Below, one piece after another: positions 37,475-47,008 of a DNA stretch of 64,000 bases; the first letter of the stretch is position 1, and every line of letters starts with the position of its first letter. Source of the DNA: Candidatus Shapirobacteria bacterium (GTDB lineage Bacteria; Patescibacteriota; Microgenomatia; UBA12405). The stretch lies in NCBI GenBank assembly GCA_018062705.1, contig JAGORQ010000002.1:7450-71449 (forward strand), in the 5' to 3' direction. Below the pieces are notes generated by a model. It was not told the origin of the DNA, made no database searches, and saw nothing but the letters and a program-made list of their open reading frames with translations. The translations under genes were made by a program, and so were the position numbers.

Positions 37475-37504
37475 CCACCGTAGGGGCTCAACTTGCTTGA
37501 GCCC
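37475..37504. repeat. R2 hairpin (variant)
   Basis: ccaccgtaggggctcaacttgcttgagccc + ttttt. Confidence 0.8.
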
Positions 37505-37515
37505 TTTTTATATGG

Positions 37516-37535
37516 ATTCCCGCCTTCGCGGGTAT
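37516..37535. repeat. R6 hairpin attcccgc cttc gcgggtat (relative of the trmD insert hairpin)
   Basis: Compare 34425-34444 attcccgc gtag gcgggaat. Confidence 0.5.
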
Positions 37536-37590
37536 GACCGTTTTTCTGTCAATCAAACTTTGATTATTCCCAAACCTATCCCGTATTTTC

Positions 37591-37615
37591 GTAGAGACGG
37601 CATATATGCCGTCTC
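37591..37615. repeat. R4 hairpin gtagagacgg catatatg ccgtctc
   Basis: Same arms as 18601 and 58895. Confidence 0.7.
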
Positions 37616-37633
37616 AAAATAATAAAAATTAGT

Positions 37634-37663
37634 CCACCGTAGGGGCTCGACTTGCTCGAGCCC
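37634..37663. repeat. R2 hairpin
   Basis: ccaccgtaggggctcgacttgctcgagccc. Confidence 0.8.
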
Positions 37664-37668
37664 GTAAG

Positions 37669-38076
37669 TTAATTTATCTTTCTCACCTCACCCTCTGTCA
37701 TTTGTATTAGTTCATCCATACTCGTCTCAAACACCGCATTGTTTTTCCCCGAGCTTGCCCAAATTTTGTCATATTTGCCCAGATCAATATCAATATAAGT
37801 TTTAAACTTCTCCTTGTGTCCCCACGGTGCCACTCCACCAATCACCATCCAGGTTTTTTCTTTGACAAAATCAGCATCGGCTTTTTGTAAACCCAACTTC
37901 TTCTCGTCCACCCGATTAACTCCCGAGGCGATCACCAATACAGGTTGGCCAGTTTCGTCTTTAAAAATGAGTGATTTGGCAATTTGCGCCACCTTACAAC
38001 CAATTTGTGTCGCCGCCTCTTGTGCCGTCCTCGTCAACTCTTTAAAAACTATCTCATTAGGAAAAATACTTTTCAT
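37669..38076 (-). CDS. YbaK/ProX-like aminoacyl-tRNA deacylase
   Basis: LIFKDETGQPVLVIASGVNRVDEKKL... Confidence 0.65.
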   Translation of the reverse strand: MKSIFPNEIVFKELTRTAQEAATQIGCKVAQIAKSLIFKDETGQPVLVIASGVNRVDEKKLGLQKADADFVKEKTWMVIGGVAPWGHKEKFKTYIDIDLGKYDKIWASSGKNNAVFETSMDELIQMTEGEVRKIN

Positions 38077-38088
38077 AAAAAATATTAT

Positions 38089-38125
38089 CCCCCTCTTATC
38101 AAAGAGGGGGTAGGGGGAGATTTAA
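38089..38125. repeat. R3 hairpin (canonical)
   Basis: tccccctcttatcaaagagggggtagggggagattta. Confidence 0.75.
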
Positions 38126-38182
38126 ATTGAAAATTAAAAATTATTCGCGATAGAATAAACTAACTATTAATTTAAGCAAACA

Positions 38183-38650
38183 ATGAACAAAGAAACAAAA
38201 AACGACTTCAATTCCATAATGTCCCAACTCGACACATTTTTCGACACTTATCTTGTCAAAAAAGCCCCAACCTTGCCCGATAATATCAAGGAAGTTATCG
38301 TCAAATATTATCCCTATGTTATTATAATTTCTCTTATCTTCACTCTTCCCTTAATTCTCGGCCTACTTGGTTTGTCGGCTCTAGTGGCACCTTTTGCTTT
38401 TTTGGGTGGCATGCGCAACGGCGTTACTTTTTCTCTGGCCAATATTTCAATTCTTGTCACCACTGTGCTCAATACCCTGGCCATATCCGGTTTACTCAAA
38501 CGTCAATTCGCCGGCTGGCAATATCTGTATTACAGCGCCCTAGTTTCCGCCACTTTTTCCCTGTTGATGTTCAATCTCGGTAGTTTCGTCATTGGCATGG
38601 CTATCTCCATGTACTTTCTCTATCAAATAAAATCGTATTATAAAAAGTAA
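38183..38650 (+). CDS. hypothetical membrane protein
   Basis: 155 aa, 4 TM. Confidence 0.55.
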   Translation: MNKETKNDFNSIMSQLDTFFDTYLVKKAPTLPDNIKEVIVKYYPYVIIISLIFTLPLILGLLGLSALVAPFAFLGGMRNGVTFSLANISILVTTVLNTLAISGLLKRQFAGWQYLYYSALVSATFSLLMFNLGSFVIGMAISMYFLYQIKSYYKK

Positions 38651-38656
38651 TCAATT

Positions 38657-39892
38657 ATGAAGAGTGTTGTTACCCCCTCCCTGTCAAGGGAGGGGGATAG
38701 GGGGAGGATTGAAGATGTTAAGGAGGGGACCGAGGGGTGGATTAGTAAATCAAAAAAAATTACTCCGTACCTGATAGTTGTTGTATTAGCCATTGCTCTA
38801 GCCTATTTTTTAGTAAGTTTTTTTCAATTAAAACAAGTTTTCGTCACCGCCACCAAACCCAAAAATCCTACCCCTACCTCAGTTCAACCAACTCCAACAC
38901 TGGATCCCGACCGACCAGTATCTATTTTGTTGCTCGGTTATGGCGGAGGCACCCATGATGGAGGCAGTCTCACTGATTCAATTATGTTGGCTGAAGTTCG
39001 CCCTCACGATCAACAAGTCGACCTAATTTCCATCCCTCGCGATTTATGGGTCGAGCTCCCTGTGGGCAACACCACACCATTTTTTTCCAAAATAAATGCC
39101 GCCTATGTAATTGGCAGTGACGATCGACGTTATCCCCACAAATCGGCCGAATTTACTGGACCAGCCGGTGGTGGTGAAATGGCCAAAACAGTTGTTTCCC
39201 AAATTACCGGCAAAAAAATTGACTATTTTCTAGCCATCGATTTCCAAGGTTTTGTCAAAGTTATTGATCAGCTTGGTGGTATTGATCTCAAGGTCACCCG
39301 TCCACTTGATGACCCTTTTTACCCAATTGATGTCGGCACTACTGATATTTGTGGCAAGTCAGCCGAAGAAATAACCGCTATTACTGCCACTATGTCTGGT
39401 GAAAAACTCGAGCATGCCTTTACCTGTCGATACGAAAATCTCCATTTTGGTGTCGGCACCACTCATGTTGATGGTGCGACTGCTCTCAAGTTTGCCCGTT
39501 CCCGCCACGCTCCCAACGATGGTGGTGATTTTAATCGAGCCACTCGCCAGCGCCAAGTCATTATGGCAGTCAAAACCAAAGCCTTGACTCTCAATTCTTT
39601 TAGCAAAATCTTCTCGATTATTAAAACCCTTTCTTATCATGTTCGCACTGATCTAACACCTCTGGTCATCGAAAGTTATCTGCCTCGAGCCGTCGAATTT
39701 TCCAATTACAAAATAAACTCTCTACCACTAACCGACAAAACAGTTTTAAAAATTGATGTTAGTGTCGACCGTCAATCAATTTTGGTCCCCACTGGCGGTA
39801 TTGGTCAATACGATTATATTCATCAATATCTCCAAAATCCTTCAATTCTGACTCCAACAATAACCCCAACCCCTTCTCCAATTATTAATTAG
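38657..39892 (+). CDS. LytR-CpsA-Psr (LCP) family protein with in-frame R3 hairpin repeat near N-terminus
   Basis: ILLLGYGGGTHDGGSLTDSIMLAEV...LISIPRDLWVELP...KINAAY; repeat 38673-38710 encodes VTPSLSREGDRGRIE. Confidence 0.75.
   Translation: MKSVVTPSLSREGDRGRIEDVKEGTEGWISKSKKITPYLIVVVLAIALAYFLVSFFQLKQVFVTATKPKNPTPTSVQPTPTLDPDRPVSILLLGYGGGTHDGGSLTDSIMLAEVRPHDQQVDLISIPRDLWVELPVGNTTPFFSKINAAYVIGSDDRRYPHKSAEFTGPAGGGEMAKTVVSQITGKKIDYFLAIDFQGFVKVIDQLGGIDLKVTRPLDDPFYPIDVGTTDICGKSAEEITAITATMSGEKLEHAFTCRYENLHFGVGTTHVDGATALKFARSRHAPNDGGDFNRATRQRQVIMAVKTKALTLNSFSKIFSIIKTLSYHVRTDLTPLVIESYLPRAVEFSNYKINSLPLTDKTVLKIDVSVDRQSILVPTGGIGQYDYIHQYLQNPSILTPTITPTPSPIIN
38673..38710. repeat. R3 hairpin in frame in the LCP gene
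   Basis: ccccctccctgtcaagggagggggatagggggaggatt. Confidence 0.75.
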
Positions 39893-39993
39893 TAATTTGA
39901 AATTGATTAAAAATTTTAAATTTTAAATTAAAAATTTAGCAATTTTTCATTTGTCCATTGAAAAATTGATAGTATTGGCTTACCTTTATATAG

Positions 39994-41463
39994 GTGTTCA
40001 AACACATTACAAAATTCGCTGTTGCTTTATCATTAATCCTAATTTTAGGAGTTTTTTTATATCCTAGCTCTCTAAAATCTAGCCCTCCCACCCAAGTCAA
40101 AGATACTCTAAGTAATTCCCAGCTTTCATTTTTTGGTCGATTAGCACCAGGCGCCAATACCGGCGACTCTACCATTAGAATCAGTCTTACTTCAGGTACC
40201 GCGCCCTCAATTACCACCAACAATTTATTTGTCGGCGACACTATCGCCATTGGCACCACTGGTAGTAGTAGTGGTCCGGTCACACTTTTTACTATCAAAG
40301 ATATTGGCTCCACTGCCGATATTCAACTCAATACTGGTATTGGTCAAAGCAATGCCTTTACTGGCGCCGCCGTTATCGCGACACGATCGGCTATTCATAC
40401 AATTTCACTCACTCCTCAATCAAACTCCACCGGTGGTTTTTGGCAATTTTTAATCAAAGCCTCTACTGGCGCTGGCGAAACTTACAATGACGGTATTCCT
40501 GATCAGCAAGGTTTTGATCTGGGTCAAGATGTTGGCGCCACTACTACCGGTTCAGGCACTCGCCTCAAAGTTTCCGATATTACTTGTCCCAACTGGGGCA
40601 TTGGCACCACCACCGCTTACTCCATTGGTACTACCGTTGTTGGTAGCAATACTTATCACCTAATTACTTGCGCTCTAGGGGTCGGTGGCACCAATCAAAT
40701 TGGTGTAGGTTACTCTGCCACTATCGGTCGCAACCTAGCTTCAGGTAGTCAATTAATCAATCCAGCACCATCCACTGGGCACACCGAAGGCAGTGCTGAT
40801 GTTTACACTTTTTACGTTCGCCACCTAGACAATACCAGCACCCTAATTTCTGCCGACTCACTCCAAGGTAAAATTGCCGTTATTGAAGCTGTCCGAGTGA
40901 CGGCCGATATTGATCCTACTTTAACTTTTACTATTTCCAATAGTAATGTTGGTGTCGGTGGTACACCTTGTGGCTTGGCGGGTTTTGGTGCCAACGCCGC
41001 CAATACTACCGCTGATTCACTGGCCTATGGCTCCATTCCTCTAGGTGTACCTAACGACTTAGCCCAACAGCTCACCTGTGTTACCAATGCCACTAGTGGA
41101 TATGTAGTAACTGTTTATGAAGATGGTCCAATGCACAATATTGGTAATGGCACTACGCTTCGTGACACCGACTGCAACGGTATTGGTTGTACCCCGTCAT
41201 CAGCTACTGCCTGGTCTTCATATTCAACATCCGGCTTTGGTTATACTCTCCAAAATGTTAATGTTGGTCAAACTGCCACTACCTACCCTCTCTACCGACC
41301 TTTTGGCAACGGGCGCCTGAATGCTCAAACCATTATGCAAAATTCGTCCACCCCTACCGCCAACGAACAAGCTTATATTTGCTATCGATTAGTTGCCTCC
41401 ACCACCCAAGAAGCTGGTAGTTACGAAAGTAAGCTAGTCTACACCGCCACCGCCTCATTCTAG
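39994..41463 (+). CDS. secreted Thr/Gly/Ser-rich hypothetical protein
   Basis: Signal peptide; 489 aa; GTG start. Confidence 0.55.
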   Translation: MFKHITKFAVALSLILILGVFLYPSSLKSSPPTQVKDTLSNSQLSFFGRLAPGANTGDSTIRISLTSGTAPSITTNNLFVGDTIAIGTTGSSSGPVTLFTIKDIGSTADIQLNTGIGQSNAFTGAAVIATRSAIHTISLTPQSNSTGGFWQFLIKASTGAGETYNDGIPDQQGFDLGQDVGATTTGSGTRLKVSDITCPNWGIGTTTAYSIGTTVVGSNTYHLITCALGVGGTNQIGVGYSATIGRNLASGSQLINPAPSTGHTEGSADVYTFYVRHLDNTSTLISADSLQGKIAVIEAVRVTADIDPTLTFTISNSNVGVGGTPCGLAGFGANAANTTADSLAYGSIPLGVPNDLAQQLTCVTNATSGYVVTVYEDGPMHNIGNGTTLRDTDCNGIGCTPSSATAWSSYSTSGFGYTLQNVNVGQTATTYPLYRPFGNGRLNAQTIMQNSSTPTANEQAYICYRLVASTTQEAGSYESKLVYTATASF

Positions 41464-41480
41464 CCTGCTATACTTAATAT

Positions 41481-42140
41481 GTGAAAATTAACAAATTAGC
41501 ACTCGCCACGCTAATTCTTTTAGTTCCTTCGCTTACTGCCAATATCAAATATTCTCTTAACCCCCAAGTGGGCGACAAGGTAATAAAAATAATTGATGGC
41601 GACACTTTCAAATTAGAAAATAACCAAACCATCCGTCTCGCCAGTATTGATGCCCCAGAAGTTGGTTTTTGCTACAGCTCTGAGGCCACCATGGCGCTAT
41701 CGGATTTAATTTTAAATAAACGGGTAACCCTGCTTGAACCTTATGCATCTGTCGATGGTCGAATAATTGCACTGGTAATTAGTAATGGACAAATAATTAA
41801 TGAAGTCATGGTTCGCAATGGATATGCTACCGACACCTACGACAACTTTTCTGCCAAAAAAGCTCTCCAGTCAGCCAACGACTACGCTCGTCAAAAAAGT
41901 CTCGGAATTTATAGCGAACAATGTTCTCAGGTAGTTCCTTCAGATCTCGGTTGTGTTATCAAAGGCAATCATCATCAAGCGGACAATTCAAAAATATATT
42001 CCTATCCCGGTTGCACCAACTACAACCGCACCATTGTCGGACTGTTCGAGGGTGACCAGTGGTTTTGTTCCGAGTCAGAAGCCAAAAAAGCCGGTTACGT
42101 CAGGTCAGGTGATTGTCAATCCGACTTTGGTAAATTTTAA
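41481..42140 (+). CDS. secreted thermonuclease (SNase-like) with Cys-containing C-terminal extension
   Basis: IDGDTFKL...IRLASIDAPE...GRIIALV...NEVMVRNGYA; GTG start. Confidence 0.75.
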   Translation: MKINKLALATLILLVPSLTANIKYSLNPQVGDKVIKIIDGDTFKLENNQTIRLASIDAPEVGFCYSSEATMALSDLILNKRVTLLEPYASVDGRIIALVISNGQIINEVMVRNGYATDTYDNFSAKKALQSANDYARQKSLGIYSEQCSQVVPSDLGCVIKGNHHQADNSKIYSYPGCTNYNRTIVGLFEGDQWFCSESEAKKAGYVRSGDCQSDFGKF

Positions 42141-42167
42141 CCATAAATTGCTATAATATCCCTGCGA

Positions 42168-42238
42168 TACCCCGTCGGCTAATGGTAGGCCATTACGCTC
42201 TGAACGTAAGAATTGTGGTTCGAATCCATGCGGGGTAA
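42168..42238 (+). tRNA. tRNA-Gln (anticodon CTG), no encoded CCA
   Basis: Manual fold: acceptor taccccg/cggggta, D arm ggct-aatggta-ggcc, anticodon arm ttacg-CT[CTG]AA-cgtaa, T arm tgtgg-ttcgaat-ccatg, discriminator A. Confidence 0.8.
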
Positions 42239-43672
42239 CCCTAGTGTATGATCGTTATATTTTGCGATTAGATTAAACGGTTTTACCCAATCGCTTACGA
42301 GTAATTTGTTCTCGATACGTAAGTTCGAAAGTGTCATGCCTATTAGTTGTCGTTTTTGCTCAGCATTCGAACTTTCAAATATCTGACTAGCTCGTGATGT
42401 CAGCTTTATCACCTGTTCTATGGTGGAATAATAGTTATTCTCTGCTTCACCGAGGTTGCTGATTTGAACATTGAAGTCAGCGATTTTGTTATCAATCTCA
42501 ACCTTGAGTTTGTCGTATTCATTGCCAGTAATACGCTGATCGAGTAATGTTGTCAGTAAGGTCTCTTTTCTTTTTGTATACATCTCAAGATCACGATTGA
42601 GTTTTCGGCTCATTTCTTCTCTAAATTCCTTTTTGCCTTCGTTTACTGATTTGAGAGTTGTTAGGACGTCGCTAATTACCTGCTCTGGCAATATCAATTT
42701 CTCAAACAATTTACTGACTTGGTTATTTATCAAATGTTCTGCCATCATGACGGCATTGTGTTTGCCCTTAGATTCACTGCATTGATAATAAAACTCGCCT
42801 TTGTGAAGCTCAGGTGAAGCTGAACAGCCACAAACAGCACAGGTTAACTTACCTCGATAGACTGCTGGCTTGGCATGTATTTTTCTACGCTTCTTATTAA
42901 ATCCATTTCTAATTTCTTGGACTTTGTCGAACAACTGTCTATCAATGATAGTTTCGTAGATATGGGAGAACAGTTGGCCTTTGTGAAACATCAAGCCGTA
43001 GTAAAATGTGTTAGTTAAAATTTTGGAAATGTTGCCGTTAGACATTTTAACCTTGTAGTCGTCCAATACCTTTTTTCGGACTGTTTGGAACGAGTGGTTG
43101 CCTGAAGCATAAAGTGAATAGATTTCTTTGACAACTTTTGAATTAAATGGGTGAGGCTTGATATTCTTTTTGCCTTCTTCGTCAAGGTAATTTATATATC
43201 CGTATGGTGGCTTGCCTGGCAACTTACCTTCAATTACCATCTGCTCGATTTTTCTTTTGACATTGTCACTTAACTGTAAAACGTAACTTCTGGCAAACAT
43301 CACGGCCATATCCCAGCGAAGCAAATCAGCACTGTTTGATGTTTGGCTGATAACTAAGTTTTCTCGATAAAAATGAATTTCAATTTTACCCTTTTTTCGT
43401 AATTCATCTAGTTGAACTGACTCTTTGAAGCTTCGTTGTAGTCGGTCAACAGTGTCAACAACTAATGCAATTGGCTCCTTTATATGTTCAATTTCTTTGA
43501 TGACTTCTTGAAATTTCTTACGATCATTTTTGGTGGACGACTCTTCAATCTCGACAGTCTTCCAAACATTTAGACTTTTGTGTCTGACATATTCAGCAAT
43601 ACGGACTAGCTGAGCTTCATTGGAATCCTGCTTTTTGTCCGAAACTCTGGCTAATACGATGGCTTTCATCAT
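42179..43672 (-). CDS. large serine recombinase (integrase)
   Basis: AIVLARVSDKKQ catalytic Ser region, recombinase domain, CAVCGC...C zinc ribbon; C-terminal 19 codons overlap the tRNA-Gln 3' part. Confidence 0.8.
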   Translation of the reverse strand: MMKAIVLARVSDKKQDSNEAQLVRIAEYVRHKSLNVWKTVEIEESSTKNDRKKFQEVIKEIEHIKEPIALVVDTVDRLQRSFKESVQLDELRKKGKIEIHFYRENLVISQTSNSADLLRWDMAVMFARSYVLQLSDNVKRKIEQMVIEGKLPGKPPYGYINYLDEEGKKNIKPHPFNSKVVKEIYSLYASGNHSFQTVRKKVLDDYKVKMSNGNISKILTNTFYYGLMFHKGQLFSHIYETIIDRQLFDKVQEIRNGFNKKRRKIHAKPAVYRGKLTCAVCGCSASPELHKGEFYYQCSESKGKHNAVMMAEHLINNQVSKLFEKLILPEQVISDVLTTLKSVNEGKKEFREEMSRKLNRDLEMYTKRKETLLTTLLDQRITGNEYDKLKVEIDNKIADFNVQISNLGEAENNYYSTIEQVIKLTSRASQIFESSNAEQKRQLIGMTLSNLRIENKLLVSDWVKPFNLIAKYNDHTLGLPRMDSNHNSYVQSVMAYH

Positions 43673-44415
43673 TAGATATCAAATTTATTAAAGCCTTCAT
43701 ACTTACTAAACGATAGTAAATAAATACTTTTAAGTAGATTTGGTGATATAGCTTTAAGTTCACTAAATACCGTGTTGGTTTTATTTCTGTCTTTCATTGA
43801 ATGAATAACATCATCAAGGATTATTGGTAGTTTTTCACATAAGTTTTTAAATGAGTCTTTTTGGCTTGTAACGATTTCGTAAAACTTATCGATTGAAATT
43901 TTTCTGATTCTCTCGTCTGATACAGTTTCACTGTCGAGTGATACTTTCCATATTTCATTTTGACTCTTTTTTGCAATAACTTCTACGAGAGCACAAGTGG
44001 CTTGTTTATCTTTGGCAACTTTACTCATCATTCTCATATATGTTTTTTGAGAAGATGAAGAGTTCATTGTGTTGTGCTTATTTTTCATTTCAACATAGAA
44101 ATGTAATTTTTCATTTACGACATCATAGCCGTGTGTCGGAACAGTCCAAGCTGAATCAATATACTTGAATAGGTTTTGATGAAAATATCCAATTTCGTTT
44201 GTGTTTGTTTTGTCTATTTGTCTGATAATTTCACTTTCAATTGTGTCTTCAATACTTTTACTGTAAATTTTTGAATCAAATGTCATTTTAATGGGATCAA
44301 TTAAGTTCTTGTTAAATGTTGACAGTGATATATCAAAACGATATTTTTCAACAGTATTCTTTACATGGTTGTAAATATCTTTGTCAGCAATAAAACCAAG
44401 ATTATATGTGTTCAT
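43672..44415 (-). CDS. hypothetical protein, candidate type II restriction endonuclease
   Basis: Immediately downstream of, and co-oriented with, the C5-MTase; no recognisable motifs. Confidence 0.35.
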   Translation of the reverse strand: MNTYNLGFIADKDIYNHVKNTVEKYRFDISLSTFNKNLIDPIKMTFDSKIYSKSIEDTIESEIIRQIDKTNTNEIGYFHQNLFKYIDSAWTVPTHGYDVVNEKLHFYVEMKNKHNTMNSSSSQKTYMRMMSKVAKDKQATCALVEVIAKKSQNEIWKVSLDSETVSDERIRKISIDKFYEIVTSQKDSFKNLCEKLPIILDDVIHSMKDRNKTNTVFSELKAISPNLLKSIYLLSFSKYEGFNKFDI

Positions 44416-44419
44416 ATTG

Positions 44420-45679
44420 TTATTTAATAACTTTTAATAAATTTATGGCTACTTCTCTGACAATATTTACTCCAAGTGCATTACCGAGTAAACCAAGGCT
44501 TTTTCCATAACTTTCAGGAAATTTATATGAGTCTGGAAAACCTTGAACCCTTGCCGCTTCTCGGACTGAAAGTTGTCTATATAACTTTTTTCTGTAAATA
44601 TTTTCAACAAAATACTCTTTTTTGTCTTTAGTGTTTATTGGAATATCTATTGTGCTCACAAAATCTCTTACACCAGTTTTAGTTAAAGTTGAAAATACAT
44701 GTGAGCTTGGAGTAAATATTCGATAAATGCCGAATACACCTGACGAATTTTTTGAATTTACAAAGTCATATTTCCCATCTCGGTATAATAATATTTTTTT
44801 CTCTATGAGACTTGATAAATCATTAGTTTTTAAATTAGGAATTATTTTTTGGATGTCTGTAAAGCTTAGCGGATTACCATCTTTTGTTCCATATTTCTTT
44901 TTTCTGCGATTTTTCAATATTGCAAAACAGATATTCTTTTCATTATCATTTGTGTCTATAATGTCCCACGAATGGATTGTATGATCTCCGTTTCTAGTAT
45001 CACAAAAAGTAAAGTAATTATCTTTGTTGATTGTATATGACATCCCGAATGAATTTTTTATATTTGTGTCATTTTTTACTGATTTGTGTAAATGTGTTTT
45101 GTAATCTTCAAGTATTTCTGACATGTTTGGTAATATCTTGTATGTATCGGGAAAAACAAACTCAAGAATATTGTCTTTTTTAATTCCAACGATAAATACT
45201 CTTTCTCTGTTTTGCGGTAATCCATAATCAAAAGCATTTAACACTTTGTAGTTGACCTTGTAGCCAACTTGTTCAAATGACTCAATAATTAGTGACAAAT
45301 TTTCATGATTTCTTGGATCAGCTAAACCTTTGACATTTTCAAATATAAAAGCCTTTGGCTTAACATTTTCTACAAATTTGATTGTGTCAAACCATAAAGC
45401 TCCTCGTGGATCTTCAAAACCGTGTTTTTTTCCTGCAACTGACCACGATTGACAAGGGACACCACCAGTTATTAAATCAGCATATGGATATTTTTTGATT
45501 TTCGTAATGTCTCCTAGATTTTCTTCTTCTGATGAGTCAAAGTTAGCTGTGTATACCTGAATAGCTGTTTTATCTATTTCGGAATAGCCAACACATTTAC
45601 CGCCCTGTTCTTCCAACGCTATCCTAAAGCCACCAATACCTGCAAATAGGTCAATAAAAGTAAAATTATTTTTTGTCAT
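44420..45679 (-). CDS. DNA (cytosine-5)-methyltransferase
   Basis: FAGIGG (motif I), GGVPCQSWS (motif IV), ENV (motif VI). Confidence 0.9.
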   Translation of the reverse strand: MTKNNFTFIDLFAGIGGFRIALEEQGGKCVGYSEIDKTAIQVYTANFDSSEEENLGDITKIKKYPYADLITGGVPCQSWSVAGKKHGFEDPRGALWFDTIKFVENVKPKAFIFENVKGLADPRNHENLSLIIESFEQVGYKVNYKVLNAFDYGLPQNRERVFIVGIKKDNILEFVFPDTYKILPNMSEILEDYKTHLHKSVKNDTNIKNSFGMSYTINKDNYFTFCDTRNGDHTIHSWDIIDTNDNEKNICFAILKNRRKKKYGTKDGNPLSFTDIQKIIPNLKTNDLSSLIEKKILLYRDGKYDFVNSKNSSGVFGIYRIFTPSSHVFSTLTKTGVRDFVSTIDIPINTKDKKEYFVENIYRKKLYRQLSVREAARVQGFPDSYKFPESYGKSLGLLGNALGVNIVREVAINLLKVIK

Positions 45680-45836
45680 TATATTTAATAAATCTATCTA
45701 ATTCAATTTTATTTATTCTATATTGTCGGCCTGCTTTGACTGATTCAAGCCTTCCAGAGCGGATCCATCGGTAAACAGTGAGGTATGCAACTTTGAGCAT
45801 TTTGGAGACTTCTTCGATTGAGTAATACTTGTCCAT
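45666..45836 (-). CDS. small HTH protein (excisionase/AlpA-like or controller), 56 aa
   Basis: MDKYYSIEEVSKMLKVAYLTVYRWIRSGRLESVKAGRQYRINKIELDRFIKYNDKK; found by hand; 14-nt overlap with the MTase start. Confidence 0.6.
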   Translation of the reverse strand: MDKYYSIEEVSKMLKVAYLTVYRWIRSGRLESVKAGRQYRINKIELDRFIKYNDKK

Positions 45837-45841
45837 ATTGG

Positions 45842-47008
45842 TTATTCTAATTTAACATCATTTAACATTAAAGTGGGATAGTCAGTAAGATGAAGTGGAC
45901 GATAATCTATCAACATCTGCCTGATTGTAGGAAATAATTGAGGTAGGCGTTGATTTGTCGACCACATTTTTACTTTACTTTTATATCGATACCATTGGTC
46001 GTCGCTTTTAGTTCGAATCATTGATCTAATTTCCCTCATACTGTGGGTTTTTAATAGCTCATTGGTGGCATACATTGCCAAAATATCGATTATTGAGGCT
46101 TGCGGATTTGATACCTGTAGCTGCAACAACACTTCTTCTTTTGACTTGAATTTGGTATCGACGACTTGAGGATAGTTAGCAATTATTATGTCAAATTGAT
46201 TCAACACCACGGCCTGCGATAACTCACTTTTGAAAAGTGCTCCAAATTCTAGTGATTTGATTTCCTTACCAGCCTCGGCAATTTTCTTTTTGATCACCTC
46301 ACGTCGATTTAGTCTGACTTCAAGCCGTAGCACTTCGAATGTCGATTCCTTGTTCTTTTTAATAAGGTTATCGAGCAAATTCAATTGAACTACTGCTTCA
46401 TGTTTTTCTTCCGATTTCTTAGGACTGACTCTGGCCTGCTCAAGGTCTTTTACCTTGTCATACATAGCAAACTCAAAACTATTGGTCCGATATTTTAGAC
46501 ATATGCCTTCATTTTGATAATCGCATTTATTGAAGCCAAGTCTTTGAGTAATGTCAGCTTTTGATATTTGCTGAAGAATATATTGGCAACGATAACTATT
46601 TTCAAACACTAAGTTCTTCGAGTAGTGAATACCCGAGACTTCGGCTTGGTGTATGAAATGTGGCATGAGGAATATACCAGCCCAATCGTGGAGCCTGTCA
46701 TGAAGCCAAGGGACCAGTCTATCAATATCGGCGTCAATTACTTCATCAAAATTATTTCCATAAAGTGCCTTTGGAACTGAAAATTGAATCCTTAGACCTA
46801 GTTGTGACTTTCCAAAAACCATTCGTCGCTGAAGTGTTAAACAAGGCAAATACCCAAATAATTTGTATTCAGCAATAGTCGGATTTTTGACGATCCTGTC
46901 GTGGCCTGCTTTTTGAAATAGATCTGAAGTGGATCTAAATCCAAATTTGTTTGAGTCGGTAATGGCAAACATATTTTGCTCAATAACCAATATCACCGTG
47001 TCGATCAT
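45842..47008 (-). CDS. hypothetical, possible Rep_trans-type rolling-circle replication initiator
   Basis: FAMYDKVKD (Y-D-K) and RLEVRL (RxExR) resemble Rep_trans motifs. Confidence 0.35.
   Translation of the reverse strand: MIDTVILVIEQNMFAITDSNKFGFRSTSDLFQKAGHDRIVKNPTIAEYKLFGYLPCLTLQRRMVFGKSQLGLRIQFSVPKALYGNNFDEVIDADIDRLVPWLHDRLHDWAGIFLMPHFIHQAEVSGIHYSKNLVFENSYRCQYILQQISKADITQRLGFNKCDYQNEGICLKYRTNSFEFAMYDKVKDLEQARVSPKKSEEKHEAVVQLNLLDNLIKKNKESTFEVLRLEVRLNRREVIKKKIAEAGKEIKSLEFGALFKSELSQAVVLNQFDIIIANYPQVVDTKFKSKEEVLLQLQVSNPQASIIDILAMYATNELLKTHSMREIRSMIRTKSDDQWYRYKSKVKMWSTNQRLPQLFPTIRQMLIDYRPLHLTDYPTLMLNDVKLE

Noticed and set aside
42179-42238. Treating the recombinase/tRNA overlap as an annotation conflict
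   Set aside because: The overlap is on the opposite strand and is typical of integrase genes abutting their tRNA target. Both are retained.
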